A stretch of DNA of 58,064 nt from Sphingopyxis sp. (GCA_015657575.1 JACDQN010000310.1:1-58064); one strand, 5' to 3'; numbered from the stretch's first letter, positions 31,110 to 40,870 are shown. Numbers and translations: made by a program. The notes: generated by a model from the letters alone, not told the origin.

Positions 31110-32111
31110 GTGCCGAACCGCCGCGTGGTCGTGACCCAGCGCTTTTTCGACGAGGAAACGGTTGCTTATCTCGAACAGGCGGGCTGCACGGTCGTCCAGG
31201 CCGAACTGCCGCCGGGGCAGGCCGACGGCAATCTTTCGCACGACGAACTGGTGGCGATCCTCGACGGCGCAGCGGGCTGGATCGTCGGGCACGCGCGCGT
31301 TACGCGCGAATTGCAATCGGCGCTACCCGACCTCCGGATCATTTCGCGCCGCGGCGTCGGCTATGAACGCGTCGATGTCGCAGCCGCCAACGATCTCGGC
31401 AAGGTCGTGTGCATCGCGGCGGGGGGCAATGATGCATCGGTCGCCGATCATACGATGGCGCTGATGCTGGCGGCGGGCCACCGGTTCCGCGAGACGCAGC
31501 AGAATATGATCGCTGGCAATTGGGCGATCCTGATGGGTTCGGATCTCTATAAAAAGACCGTCGGTATCGTCGGGCTGGGGCGGATCGGGCGGAGTCTGGT
31601 CCAGCGCCTGCAGGGGTTCGACGTGCGCCTGCTCGCGGTCGAGGCGAACGCCGATCCCGATTATGTGCGGCAGAACGGGATCGAGCTTGTCGAACTCGGC
31701 GAATTGCTTGCGTCCAGCGACTATGTCTCGCTCCATGCGCCGCTGACGCCCGACACGCGGTTCCTGATCGACGCCGCCGCGCTCGATCGCATGAAGCCGA
31801 CTGCGATCCTGATCAACGCCGCGCGCGGCGGGCTAGTCGACGACCGCGCGCTGCTGGCAGCGCTGAAGGCGGGTCAGATCGCCGCCGCGGGGCTCGACGT
31901 CTTCATGAGCGAAAGCGATCCGGACTATAAGGCGGTCACCGACGAACTGATCGCGCTGCCCAATGTGATCGCCACGCCGCACGCCGGTGCATCGACGCGC
32001 GAAGGGCTCGACCGGACGAACATGGTCGCGGCGATGTGCGTCGTCGCGGTGCTCGACGGGGGCGATCCGCCTGCGCAATGCGTCGTCGCCGACGGCCGGC
32101 GGACGGGCTAG
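31110..32111 (+). CDS. D-isomer-specific 2-hydroxyacid dehydrogenase
   Basis: ISRRGVGYERVD, VGIVGLGRIG, SLHAPLT, INAARGGLVD, AGLDVF, ATPHAG; start at 31110 (GTG) or 31095 (ATG). Confidence 0.9.
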   Translation: MPNRRVVVTQRFFDEETVAYLEQAGCTVVQAELPPGQADGNLSHDELVAILDGAAGWIVGHARVTRELQSALPDLRIISRRGVGYERVDVAAANDLGKVVCIAAGGNDASVADHTMALMLAAGHRFRETQQNMIAGNWAILMGSDLYKKTVGIVGLGRIGRSLVQRLQGFDVRLLAVEANADPDYVRQNGIELVELGELLASSDYVSLHAPLTPDTRFLIDAAALDRMKPTAILINAARGGLVDDRALLAALKAGQIAAAGLDVFMSESDPDYKAVTDELIALPNVIATPHAGASTREGLDRTNMVAAMCVVAVLDGGDPPAQCVVADGRRTG

Positions 32112-32115
32112 CGCC

Positions 32116-33411
32116 TTGGGGGGCGAGGCGGATCTGGCAGCACGGGCAGGGCTGCGGCGCATGTTCGACGCCGCGGTCGCGAGCGCGATGCCGGCGCGGT
32201 GCGTCCCGCCCGCGCTGCCCGCGCCGCCCAAGGGCCGCACGATCGTGATCGGCGCCGGCAAGGCGGCCGCGGCGATGGCGCGCGCCGTCGAGGATCATTG
32301 GGAAGGTCCGCTGTCGGGGCTGGTGGTGACGCGCCACGGCCATGCGATGGCCTGCCGATCGATCGAGGTCGTCGAGGCCGGCCATCCGATATCCGACGCA
32401 GCGGGGGTCGCTGCGACCAGCCGGATGGTCGCACTCGTCCGTAACCTCGCTCCCGACGATCTGGTCATTTGCCTGATTTCGGGCGGCGGCTCGGCGCTGC
32501 TGGCGGCCCCGCCGCCGGGCGTGACGCTCGCCGACGAGCAGGCGCTGATGGCTTCACTGCTGCGGAGCGGGGCGACGGTCGCCGAAATGAACTGCGTGCG
32601 CAAACATCTGTCGACCGTGCGCGGCGGGCGGCTCGCGCTGGCCGCGGCGCCAGCGCGCGTGGTGACGCTGATCATCTCCGACGTGCCGGGCGACGATCCC
32701 GCGACGATCGCATCGGGGCCGACGATCCCCGACCCGACGACGCGCGAGCAGGCGCTGGACATATTGGCACGATACGGTCTGGCCGCGGCGGGTCCGGTCA
32801 GCGACTGGCTGCGCAATCCCGCGAGCGAGACACCGAAACCGGGCGCCTTCGAACCCGAATGGCATCTGGTCGCGACGCCCGCGATAGCGCTCGAAGCCGC
32901 CGCGGCGGTTGCCCGCGACCTCGGCTATGCCCCGCTGATCCTGGGCGATGCGATCGAGGGTGAGGCGCGCGAGGTTGCAAGGACCCACGCCGATATCGCG
33001 CATCGCGTCCAGCGCGACGGGCAGCCCGTCGCGGCGCCCTGCGTCCTGGTGTCGGGCGGCGAAACCACCGTGACCGTAACCGGGGCAGGGCGCGGCGGCC
33101 GAAACGCCGAATTCCTGCTGGCGCTTGCGATCGCGCTCGACGGTGCGGCCGATGTCCATGCCATCGCGGCGGATACCGACGGCATCGACGGAACCGAAGA
33201 CAATGCCGGCGCGATGATCGGTCCCGATAGCCTGGCGCAAGCGCGCACCCTCGGGCTGTCCGCTCCGCAAAGCCTCGCCGACAACGACGCCTACCGATTT
33301 TTCGAACGCACCGGCTCGCTGCTGATCACCGGGGCGACGATGACCAATGTGAATGATTTTCGCGCGATCCTGATCGATGGCCCGCGCATAGCGAAAGACC
33401 ATCGAGCATGA
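32116..33411 (+). CDS. ttuD: Glycerate 2-kinase (MOFRL/TtuD family)
   Basis: IGAGKAAAAM, EAGHP, LISGGGSAL, VRKHLS, ISDVPGD, IASGPT, GGETTV, GGRN, DTDGIDG, TNVND; start uncertain (32116 TTG or 32161 ATG). Confidence 0.87.
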   Translation: MGGEADLAARAGLRRMFDAAVASAMPARCVPPALPAPPKGRTIVIGAGKAAAAMARAVEDHWEGPLSGLVVTRHGHAMACRSIEVVEAGHPISDAAGVAATSRMVALVRNLAPDDLVICLISGGGSALLAAPPPGVTLADEQALMASLLRSGATVAEMNCVRKHLSTVRGGRLALAAAPARVVTLIISDVPGDDPATIASGPTIPDPTTREQALDILARYGLAAAGPVSDWLRNPASETPKPGAFEPEWHLVATPAIALEAAAAVARDLGYAPLILGDAIEGEAREVARTHADIAHRVQRDGQPVAAPCVLVSGGETTVTVTGAGRGGRNAEFLLALAIALDGAADVHAIAADTDGIDGTEDNAGAMIGPDSLAQARTLGLSAPQSLADNDAYRFFERTGSLLITGATMTNVNDFRAILIDGPRIAKDHRA

Positions 33412-34484
33412 GCAAGGCAAATATCCACCGCATCGCGGTGATCCCCGGCGACGGCATCGGCAAGGAGGTCATACCCGAGGGTATCCGGGTGCTCGAGGCG
33501 GCGTCGGCGAAATATGGCTGCGGGTTCGAGTTCGACTATTTCGACTTCGCGTCGTGCGACTATTATCTGCAGCACGGCCAGATGATGCCCGACGACTGGA
33601 AGCAGCAGATCGGCGGGCACGACGCGATCTTCTTCGGCGCGGTCGGCTGGCCCGAAACGGTGCCCGATCATGTGTCCCTCTGGGGATCGCTGATCCAGTT
33701 CCGCCGCGAGTTCGATCAATATGTCAATTTGCGCCCGGTCAAGCTGATGCCCGGCGTGCCGAGCCCGCTCGCGGGTCGCAAGCCGGGCGACATCGACTTT
33801 TTCGTGGTGCGCGAGAATACCGAGGGCGAATATTCGTCGATCGGCGGCAAGATCTTCCCCGACACCGAGCGCGAGGTCGTGGTGCAGGAAACGGTGATGA
33901 CCCGGGTCGGCGTCGATCGCATCCTGCGCTACGCCTTCGAACTCGCGCAGCGCCGCGAGAAAAAACATCTGACCTCGGCGACCAAATCGAACGGCATCTC
34001 GATCACCATGCCCTATTGGGACGAGCGCGTGGAGGCGATGGCGCCGAACTATCCCGACGTCCGCTGGGACAAATATCATATCGACATCCTGACGGCGCAC
34101 TTCGTCCAGCATCCCGACTGGTTCGACGTCGTCGTCGCGTCGAATCTGTTCGGCGACATCCTCTCCGACCTCGGCCCCGCCTGCACTGGCACGATCGGCA
34201 TCGCGCCCGCGGGAAACATCAATCCCGAGCGGCGCTTTCCGTCGCTCTTCGAGCCCGTTCACGGCTCGGCGCCCGACATTGCGGGCCAGTGGGTCGCCAA
34301 TCCGGTCGGACAGATCTGGTCCGCGGCGCTGATGCTCGACCATCTCGGCGAATTTCAGGCGTCGCAGGCGGTGCTGACCGCGATCGAGGATGTGCTGTCG
34401 GAACCGAAGCTGCGGACGCGCGATCTGGGCGGCCCGGCGGGCACAGTCGAGTGCGGCAAGGCGATCGCAGACGCGCTCGCCTGA
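33408..34484 (+). CDS. ttuC: Tartrate dehydrogenase/decarboxylase (D-malate dehydrogenase family)
   Basis: IPGDGIGKEV, PDHVSLWG, FRREFDQYVNLRP, TSATKSNGISITMPYWDE, FEPVHGSAPDIAG. Confidence 0.92.
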   Translation: MSKANIHRIAVIPGDGIGKEVIPEGIRVLEAASAKYGCGFEFDYFDFASCDYYLQHGQMMPDDWKQQIGGHDAIFFGAVGWPETVPDHVSLWGSLIQFRREFDQYVNLRPVKLMPGVPSPLAGRKPGDIDFFVVRENTEGEYSSIGGKIFPDTEREVVVQETVMTRVGVDRILRYAFELAQRREKKHLTSATKSNGISITMPYWDERVEAMAPNYPDVRWDKYHIDILTAHFVQHPDWFDVVVASNLFGDILSDLGPACTGTIGIAPAGNINPERRFPSLFEPVHGSAPDIAGQWVANPVGQIWSAALMLDHLGEFQASQAVLTAIEDVLSEPKLRTRDLGGPAGTVECGKAIADALA

Positions 34485-34492
34485 CCTCGCGC

Positions 34493-35395
34493 TCAGCCGT
34501 TCGCGGCCGCCGCTTCCATTTTCAGCAGGCGGCTCCAGAAGGCTTCGGCCGCGGGCGACTGCCGCGCCTTGGGACGCCACAGCCGGATTTCGATCGGCAC
34601 CTCGTCTTTCGCGGAGCCCGCGCGGACGAGGCGCCCCGATGCGAGGTCGTCCTCGACGAGGCTGAGCGCCGACCAGGTGACACCGCGGCCGTCGCGCGCC
34701 ATCGCCGCCAGGACGCTCGCGAGATGCGACGCAAAGGCCGGTTGCGGCGGCGGCGGCGATCCCTGCGCCGACCATGCCGCGGACAGAATGCGCCCCATGC
34801 CCGAATCATTGGTGAAGGCCAGTTGCGGCGTCGCCGCCGTGATCCCGGCCGCGACGACCTGTGGCGCCGCGACCGGCAACAAGATGTCGCTCCCCAGCCG
34901 GACCGAGCGGAAGTCCGATCCGAGGCGGACATTCGCCGCTTCGTGATGGTGACAGAGCAGGAACTGCGCGCGGCCCTCGATCATCAGCCGCTCGCACGCG
35001 ACCATATTGTCGGCGATCAGCTCGATCGTCACGTTGCGCTGCGCATCGACCTCGAGCGCGCGCAGCCAGCTCGGAAAAAAGGTCAGCGACAGGACATGGG
35101 TCGAGGCGAAGCGGAGCGTTTCCGACGATGCCTTCGCCACCGCGCGCGCTTCTTCGCGGCCTATTTGCAGCCGGCGCAGCGTTTCCTCGGCGGTGGTGCG
35201 GAATCGCTCGCCCGCGGCGGTCAGGCGCACCGTATGCGTGCTGCGATCGATCAGCGTCGCGCCGACCCATTCCTCGAGCGTCCGGATCCGGCGGCTGAAG
35301 CTCGGCTGGCTGACCGAGCGTTTCTCCGCCGCGCGGGAGAAATTGCCGCAGTCGATGAGGGTGAGGAAGTCCTCAAGCAAGCTGGAGTCCAACAT
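34493..35395 (-). CDS. LysR-family transcriptional regulator
   Basis: LEDFLTL...NFSRAAEKRSVSQPSFSRRIRTLEEWVG HTH; about 300 aa. Confidence 0.92.
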   Translation of the reverse strand: MLDSSLLEDFLTLIDCGNFSRAAEKRSVSQPSFSRRIRTLEEWVGATLIDRSTHTVRLTAAGERFRTTAEETLRRLQIGREEARAVAKASSETLRFASTHVLSLTFFPSWLRALEVDAQRNVTIELIADNMVACERLMIEGRAQFLLCHHHEAANVRLGSDFRSVRLGSDILLPVAAPQVVAAGITAATPQLAFTNDSGMGRILSAAWSAQGSPPPPQPAFASHLASVLAAMARDGRGVTWSALSLVEDDLASGRLVRAGSAKDEVPIEIRLWRPKARQSPAAEAFWSRLLKMEAAAANG

Positions 35396-35984
35396 TCTCT
35401 CCCATCCATTCAGGCGTTCCATCGCTTTCGAACAATGTGCGCCAGATGCAAGATGCTCAACCCGAATGAATCCATACGCAATATGAAACCGCGCCCTCGC
35501 ACGCCGGCGGAATTTTAACTGCGGCAACGGGCGCGCAGCCCCCCATACTAGTCCGATCTCCTTTGCGGCTGACCAACCGGTTCAGCTGCAAATGCGATTA
35601 CCGTCGTTCTTTGCACCACCGCGCCTTGGCCGGCAGCTGGGACGGCGTGCAAAGCTGGTGCCTCTCGTTGAATGTCAGCGAAGTGCCGCGCCTCAGCCCC
35701 GGCCTCAATGCTCGGACTAAATAGCCCGCATAGAGCAAGCGCGGCGATCAAGTGCGTCTTCATTGATGTGGATAATCACGCAAGTGGCGGCGGGGCAACG
35801 CTTTGGGAGTACCGGCGCGCAAGGCATCCGCTTTCTGATCTGAAGGTGACTTGCTTCCCCTGCGCCTGCCGTGCTTCGAGTGATCAAGTGGCCGCCTGCA
35901 GCGCAAATGCGAGAGTGGCCTGAAAGGCGGTCCAGGGGAGGTTCTGGAATTTTATCATTATGATTCAACCGCTTAGCGGGAGAG

Positions 35985-36071
35985 TGGTGCGGTCGAGAAG
36001 ACTCGAACTTCCACGGCCTTTCGGCCACAACGACCTCAACGTTGCGCGTCTACCAGTTCCGCCACGACCGC
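35985..36071 (-). tRNA. tRNA-Leu(GAG)
   Basis: Reverse complement GCGGTCGTGGCGGAACTGGTAGACGCG-CAACG-TTGAGGT-CGTTG, long variable arm GGCCGAAAGGCC, GTTCGAG T-loop, CCA end; 87 nt. Confidence 0.97.
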
Positions 36072-36214
36072 ACATCATGATGGTCCGGACGGGCCGGCAC
36101 CAGGTAGGAGCGGGCGCCTAGCAAAGCTTTCCGGGCGATGCAAGCAAGCTTCGCCGCTTTTATTTTTTGCACCTGCTAACGTACGGATTGCCGGCTTGGC
36201 TGCGGCTTTGGCCG

Positions 36215-36281
36215 TTGTCACCATATCGACCCAAAAGAGTCACCTCTCTGTCATCGTTCTGGCGTCAGACCGTCATCGAAT
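36215..36281 (+). promoter_or_regulatory. Pho-box-like array upstream of the elpS-like gene
   Basis: GTCA cores at 36217, 36239, 36250 and 36272, all in one 11-bp register, including a canonical CTGTCAT. Confidence 0.72.
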
Positions 36282-36387
36282 CACCCTAGTGGCGGCGTCA
36301 CCGGGGGCGAGGCGACCTTTCTTCTCTCGTTCGCGGCTGTTTTTCATCAGCGCCTTTGGGTGGCGCACACCGGGAACGGAGAATTTC

Positions 36388-37958
36388 ATGGCGGCTTTCG
36401 CACGCGTTCGTTTGGTCATGCTCAGCGGCGTGGCCTGTTCCATCCTCGCGGCCTGCGGTGCCGACGGCGTCGCGTCGCCGGGCGAAGGCGTGATCGTGAT
36501 CCCGGCGCCGACCCCCACGCCGACCCCGACTCCCACGCCGACCCCGACCCCGCCGGCAACCGTCACCCCGGCCGCCAACTGCCCGACCATCGCGGGCGCC
36601 GACCAGCTCGCCAATCTCGGGACCATCTCGGGCCCCGGCGGCGAATGGCGCAACTGCGGCTTCCCGACGCGCTTCAACTCGACCACCGCAATCCCGAAGG
36701 TTGCGGGCGTCATTTATTCGCTCCCCGGCCGCGTCGATGTGGGCACCGACCAGGGCGCGACGAGCACGAACAATGTCGTCACGCTGACGATCGATCCGGG
36801 CGTCACCATCTTCGGGGCGACGGGCGTATCCTTCCTCGCCGTCAACCGCGGCAACCGCATCGACGCGGTTGGCACCCCGACCCAGCCGATCATCTTCACC
36901 GGCCGCGGCAACGTCGTCGGCTCGGCGAACGACCAGACCTCGCAGCTGTGGGGCGGCGTCGTCCTGCTCGGCCGTGCGCCGATCACCGACTGCCTTGCAC
37001 CGGGCGCGACGCCGGGCACCGCCGCCTGCGAGCGCGACACCGAAGGCACGTCGAACGCGCTCTACGGCGGCGCGCAGCCGGCCGATAACTCGGGCCGCAT
37101 GTCCTACGTCCAGATCCGCTATTCGGGCTTCATCCTGTCGGCGGCGAGCGAACTGCAGGGCCTGACCCCGTCGGGCGTCGGTTCGAACACCCAGCTCGAC
37201 CATATCCAGATCCACAACAGCTCGGACGACGGCATCGAAGTGTTCGCGGCCGCGTCAACATGAAGCATCTCGTCATCACGGGTGCCGAAGACGACGGCCT
37301 CGACACCGACGTCGGCTACAAGGGCAATATCCAGTACGTCATCGGGGTGCAGCGCGAAGGCGGTGCGGTCGGCGACTCGATGATGGAAATCGACTCGAAC
37401 GGCAACGAAGATGCGGTTCCGCGTCAGAATGTGAACATCTCGAACTTCACCTACGTCCACCGCAACAATGCGGCGGGTAACGGTGTGGCGATCCTCGTCC
37501 GCGGCGGTGCCGACTACACTTTCGCCAACGGTCTGATTGTTGCGCCGGGTTTCCGCTGCCTCGGTTTCAACAGCGCGACGACGGTCAACCCGACCAACGG
37601 CGCGCTCGACGAAGCGGGCCCGCCGCGCTTCTTCTCGGTGTCGATGCAGTGCAACAGCACCCCGTTCCGCGGCACCAGCGGCGTCACCGACGCACAGGTC
37701 CAGGCAATCTTCGAGGGCGGCACGAACAATAGCGTCGCCTATACGCCGACGCTGACCAACCTGTTCGTCAACGGCGCGACCGAGACCGCGCGTCCAGCCT
37801 TCGATGCGAAGACGCTCAACGCCTTCTTCGACACGACCGCCTATGTCGGTGCCGTCCGCGACGCCAACGACACCTGGTACCAGGGCTGGACCTGCAACTC
37901 GTCGACGGCGAACTTCGGCACCAGCAGCCGCAGCTGCAGCGCCATCCCGACGACCTGA
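36388..37958 (+). CDS. elpS: ElpS-like extracellular lipoprotein, probable beta-helix (frameshift near 37246)
   Basis: Lipobox ILAAC, PT linker, LTIDPGV, WGGVVLLG, SGRMSYVQIRYSG, SSDDGIEVF, DDGLDTD. Synteny (lipoprotein-TBDR-gsp, Pho boxes) matches the Caulobacter elpS locus as I recall it. Confidence 0.7.
36508..36552 (+). repeat. Pro-Thr coding tandem repeat (flexible linker)
   Basis: (CCN-ACN)n encoding PTPTPTPTPTPTPTP shortly after the lipobox. Confidence 0.85.
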
Positions 37959-37976
37959 TCGCTCGCGATCCAATTG

Positions 37977-38011
37977 GGGAGCGGGCACGCCGAACGGGCT
38001 GGCCCGCTCCC
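37977..38011 (+). terminator. Intergenic stem-loop between elpS-like gene and TBDR3
   Basis: 10-bp stem GGGAGCGGGC / GCCCGCTCCC with only a weak U-tract. Confidence 0.5.
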
Positions 38012-38040
38012 TTCCTGCATATTCCTTGGGGACTTTTACC

Positions 38041-40746
38041 ATGACCAAGCGGCCGATCTTCGCCAGCCTGCTTCTCCTCAGTTCCGCGCTCGTCGCCCCT
38101 GCCGCGCTCGCGCAGGATGCGGGCACGCCGGCACCCGACGCGCCGCCGGTCGCGACCGAAACCGCGCCCGCCGACGATGCCGCGGCGCAGGATGAAGAAG
38201 CCGATGTTTCGATCCCCGGCGGCGCCGATCAGGAAATCGTCGTCACCGGCCGCTTCACCCCCAATATCGTCCGCGCGACGCCCGAAGTCGTCTCGGTCCT
38301 GTCCTCGGCCGACATCGCGCGCACCGGCGAAGGCGACATTTCGGGCTCGCTCCAGCGCGTCACCGGCCTCAGCGTCGTCGGCAGCGGCTTCGTCTATGTC
38401 CGCGGCCTCGGCGACCGTTATTCGCTCGCGCTGCTCAACGGCTCGCCGCTGCCCAGCCCCGAGCCGCTGAAGCGCGTCGTCCCGCTCGACATCTTCCCCT
38501 CGAACGTCATCGATTCGACGCTCGTCCAGAAAAGCTATTCGGCGAATTTCCCCGGCGAATTCGGCGGCGGCGTGATCAACCTCACGACCAAGTCGACCCC
38601 GCGCGAGCCCTTCCTGACCTTCAGCGGCGGGATCGGCTGGGACAGCGAGACGACGAACGAGCTCGGCTATACCTATTATGGCGGCGACACCGACTGGACC
38701 GGCTTCGACGACGGCACGCGCGACGTGCCGCCGCTGCTCAAGGCCGCTTTCGCCAGCGGCAAGCCGATCCTGCAAGGCGCCGATTTCAGCCAGGACGATC
38801 TGGAAGCGATCCAGATGGAACTGGTCAATGCCGAAACGACGCTGCTCCAGCAGAACAACCATATCCCGGTGAACTGGTCGGCGGGCGTCACCGGCGGCAC
38901 GACGATCCCGTTCGCCGACGGCGAGCTCGGCATCATCGCGACCGCGGGCATCAGCAACAAGTGGCGCACCCGCGACACGCTGCAGCAGACCTCGCTCAAC
39001 CAGGACCTTTCGGGCGATCCGCAGACCAGCTACAACCGCGTCATCACCGACAACCGCGTCGTCGTGAACGGCCTGCTCGGGCTCGGGCTCGAAATCGGCG
39101 ATCACAAGCTGCGCTGGACCAACCTCTATATCCGCGACACGCTGAAGCAGGCGCGCCTGGCGCTCGGCACCGACGCGAACCAGGTCGGCCGCGACATCAT
39201 GCGGCAGGACACCGCCTGGTACGAACGCCAGCTGATCAACACGCAGTTCGTCGGCGAATTCCACTTCGACGCGCTCAAGGTCGACCTGCGCGGCGCCTAT
39301 GCCAATTCGCAGCGCGAGGCACCCTATGAGCGCGGCTTCACCTATGTCCGCACCAACCTGCCGACGACGCAGGATCCGACCGGCGACAAGTTCGTCAACG
39401 ACCTCGGCGGCAACCGCGGCGACGCGACGATCGCCTTCTCGGACCTCAACGAGGATCTGTGGTCGGGCGGCGTCGACCTGTCGTACGAGCTGGCGCCGCA
39501 GGTCAGCGCGACGATCGGCTATGCGTACAGCGACACGAGCCGCACCGCGACCCGCCGCTCCTTTCAGTTCCGCGCTTCGGGCCTTCCCGTCGCGGTGACG
39601 CAGCTGCGCCCCGACTATCTGCTCTCCGACGCGACGATCCAGCTTTACGACATCACGCTGGTCGAAACCTCGGCGCAGGACGGTACCGCCGCGTTCGACG
39701 CGGGGCTGACGACGCATGCGGGTTACGCCCAGCTTCAGGCCGAGATCGTGCCGGGTATGAACGTCAACGTCGGGGTGCGCTACGAAGACGCCAAGCAGAC
39801 GGTCGTGCCGATCGACCTGTTCGGCACGGGCGGAAGTGCGATCGTCCAGACCAACCTCAAGAACGATTATTGGTTGCCCGCGATCACGCTGACCTGGGAA
39901 GTCGCGCCCGACATGCAGCTGCGCCTCAACGCGTCGAACACGATCGCGCGCCCGCAGTTCCGCGAGCTGATCGCGCAGATCTACCAAGACCCCGAATCGA
40001 ACCGCCAGTTCCGCGGCAACCCCTCGCTCTCCGACAGCGAGCTGTGGAATACCGAGCTGCGCTATGAATGGTATTTCGCCAAGGACCAGCGCGTGACCGC
40101 GGCGGGTTTCTTCAAGAAGATCGACAGCCCGATCGAGGCCTATACCTCGCTCAGCACCGACTCGATCGCCAACACCAGCTTCGCCAACGCGCCCGAAGCG
40201 CTGCTGTACGGCGGCGAGATCGAGGTCCAGAAATATGTCGCGCTCGACACGCTGTCGGATGCGGCCCTCTGGGCGAGCCGCCGGCTGGTGCTGATCGGAA
40301 ACTATACCTTCACCAAGTCGGAAATCCGCGTCGGCGCGGGCGACACGACGGTGATCAACGGTGTGGTGCAGGACGCCCGCAACTTCTTCTTCGACGGCTC
40401 GCCGCTGACCGGCCAGTCGGACCATCTGGTCAATATCCAGATCGGGCTCGAGGATCAGGACAAACTGTCGCAGCAAACGCTGCTCTTCACCTATGCCAGC
40501 CCGCGCGTCACCAGCCGCGGCCCGTCGGGCCAGCCCGACATCCGCGAAAAGCCCGGCATCTCGGTCGATTTCGTGGCGCGGCAGGGTATCAGCCTGCTCG
40601 GCAAGGAGATCGAACTGAAGTTCGAGGCGCGCAACTTGACGGGCCGCACTTACAAGGAAGTGCAGGAATTCGGCGACAACCGCATCTTCCTCAACCGCTA
40701 CAAGCTGGGCCGGACCTTCTCGCTCAGCGCATCGCTGAAATTCTGA
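38041..40746 (+). CDS. TonB-dependent receptor 3 (probably phosphate-regulated)
   Basis: Signal peptide, EIVVTGR, VYVRGLGDRYS, VVPLDIFP, GEFGGGVINL, and terminal Phe (SASLKF). Confidence 0.93.
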   Translation: MTKRPIFASLLLLSSALVAPAALAQDAGTPAPDAPPVATETAPADDAAAQDEEADVSIPGGADQEIVVTGRFTPNIVRATPEVVSVLSSADIARTGEGDISGSLQRVTGLSVVGSGFVYVRGLGDRYSLALLNGSPLPSPEPLKRVVPLDIFPSNVIDSTLVQKSYSANFPGEFGGGVINLTTKSTPREPFLTFSGGIGWDSETTNELGYTYYGGDTDWTGFDDGTRDVPPLLKAAFASGKPILQGADFSQDDLEAIQMELVNAETTLLQQNNHIPVNWSAGVTGGTTIPFADGELGIIATAGISNKWRTRDTLQQTSLNQDLSGDPQTSYNRVITDNRVVVNGLLGLGLEIGDHKLRWTNLYIRDTLKQARLALGTDANQVGRDIMRQDTAWYERQLINTQFVGEFHFDALKVDLRGAYANSQREAPYERGFTYVRTNLPTTQDPTGDKFVNDLGGNRGDATIAFSDLNEDLWSGGVDLSYELAPQVSATIGYAYSDTSRTATRRSFQFRASGLPVAVTQLRPDYLLSDATIQLYDITLVETSAQDGTAAFDAGLTTHAGYAQLQAEIVPGMNVNVGVRYEDAKQTVVPIDLFGTGGSAIVQTNLKNDYWLPAITLTWEVAPDMQLRLNASNTIARPQFRELIAQIYQDPESNRQFRGNPSLSDSELWNTELRYEWYFAKDQRVTAAGFFKKIDSPIEAYTSLSTDSIANTSFANAPEALLYGGEIEVQKYVALDTLSDAALWASRRLVLIGNYTFTKSEIRVGAGDTTVINGVVQDARNFFFDGSPLTGQSDHLVNIQIGLEDQDKLSQQTLLFTYASPRVTSRGPSGQPDIREKPGISVDFVARQGISLLGKEIELKFEARNLTGRTYKEVQEFGDNRIFLNRYKLGRTFSLSASLKF

Positions 40747-40754
40747 TGTACTTT

Positions 40755-40870
40755 AGCCCCTCCCCTTCAGGGGTGGGGCTCGCGGCGTAGCGTAAGGCCT
40801 TTGGCCCCCACCCGCTGCGACTAGGCAGCAAGCTGCCAAGTCTCGCTGCCCTCCCCTGAAGGGGAGGGCT
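40755..40870. repeat. REP/RIME-like intergenic palindromic element (about 116 bp)
   Basis: Terminal inverted repeat CCCTCCCCTTCAGGG...CCCTGAAGGGGAGGG with internal hairpin GGCAGC-AA-GCTGCC. Confidence 0.7.

Noticed and set aside
36508-36552. Short tandem repeat as a CRISPR or VNTR element
   Set aside because: It is a degenerate Pro-Thr coding linker. I saw no repeat-spacer array or cas genes in the window.
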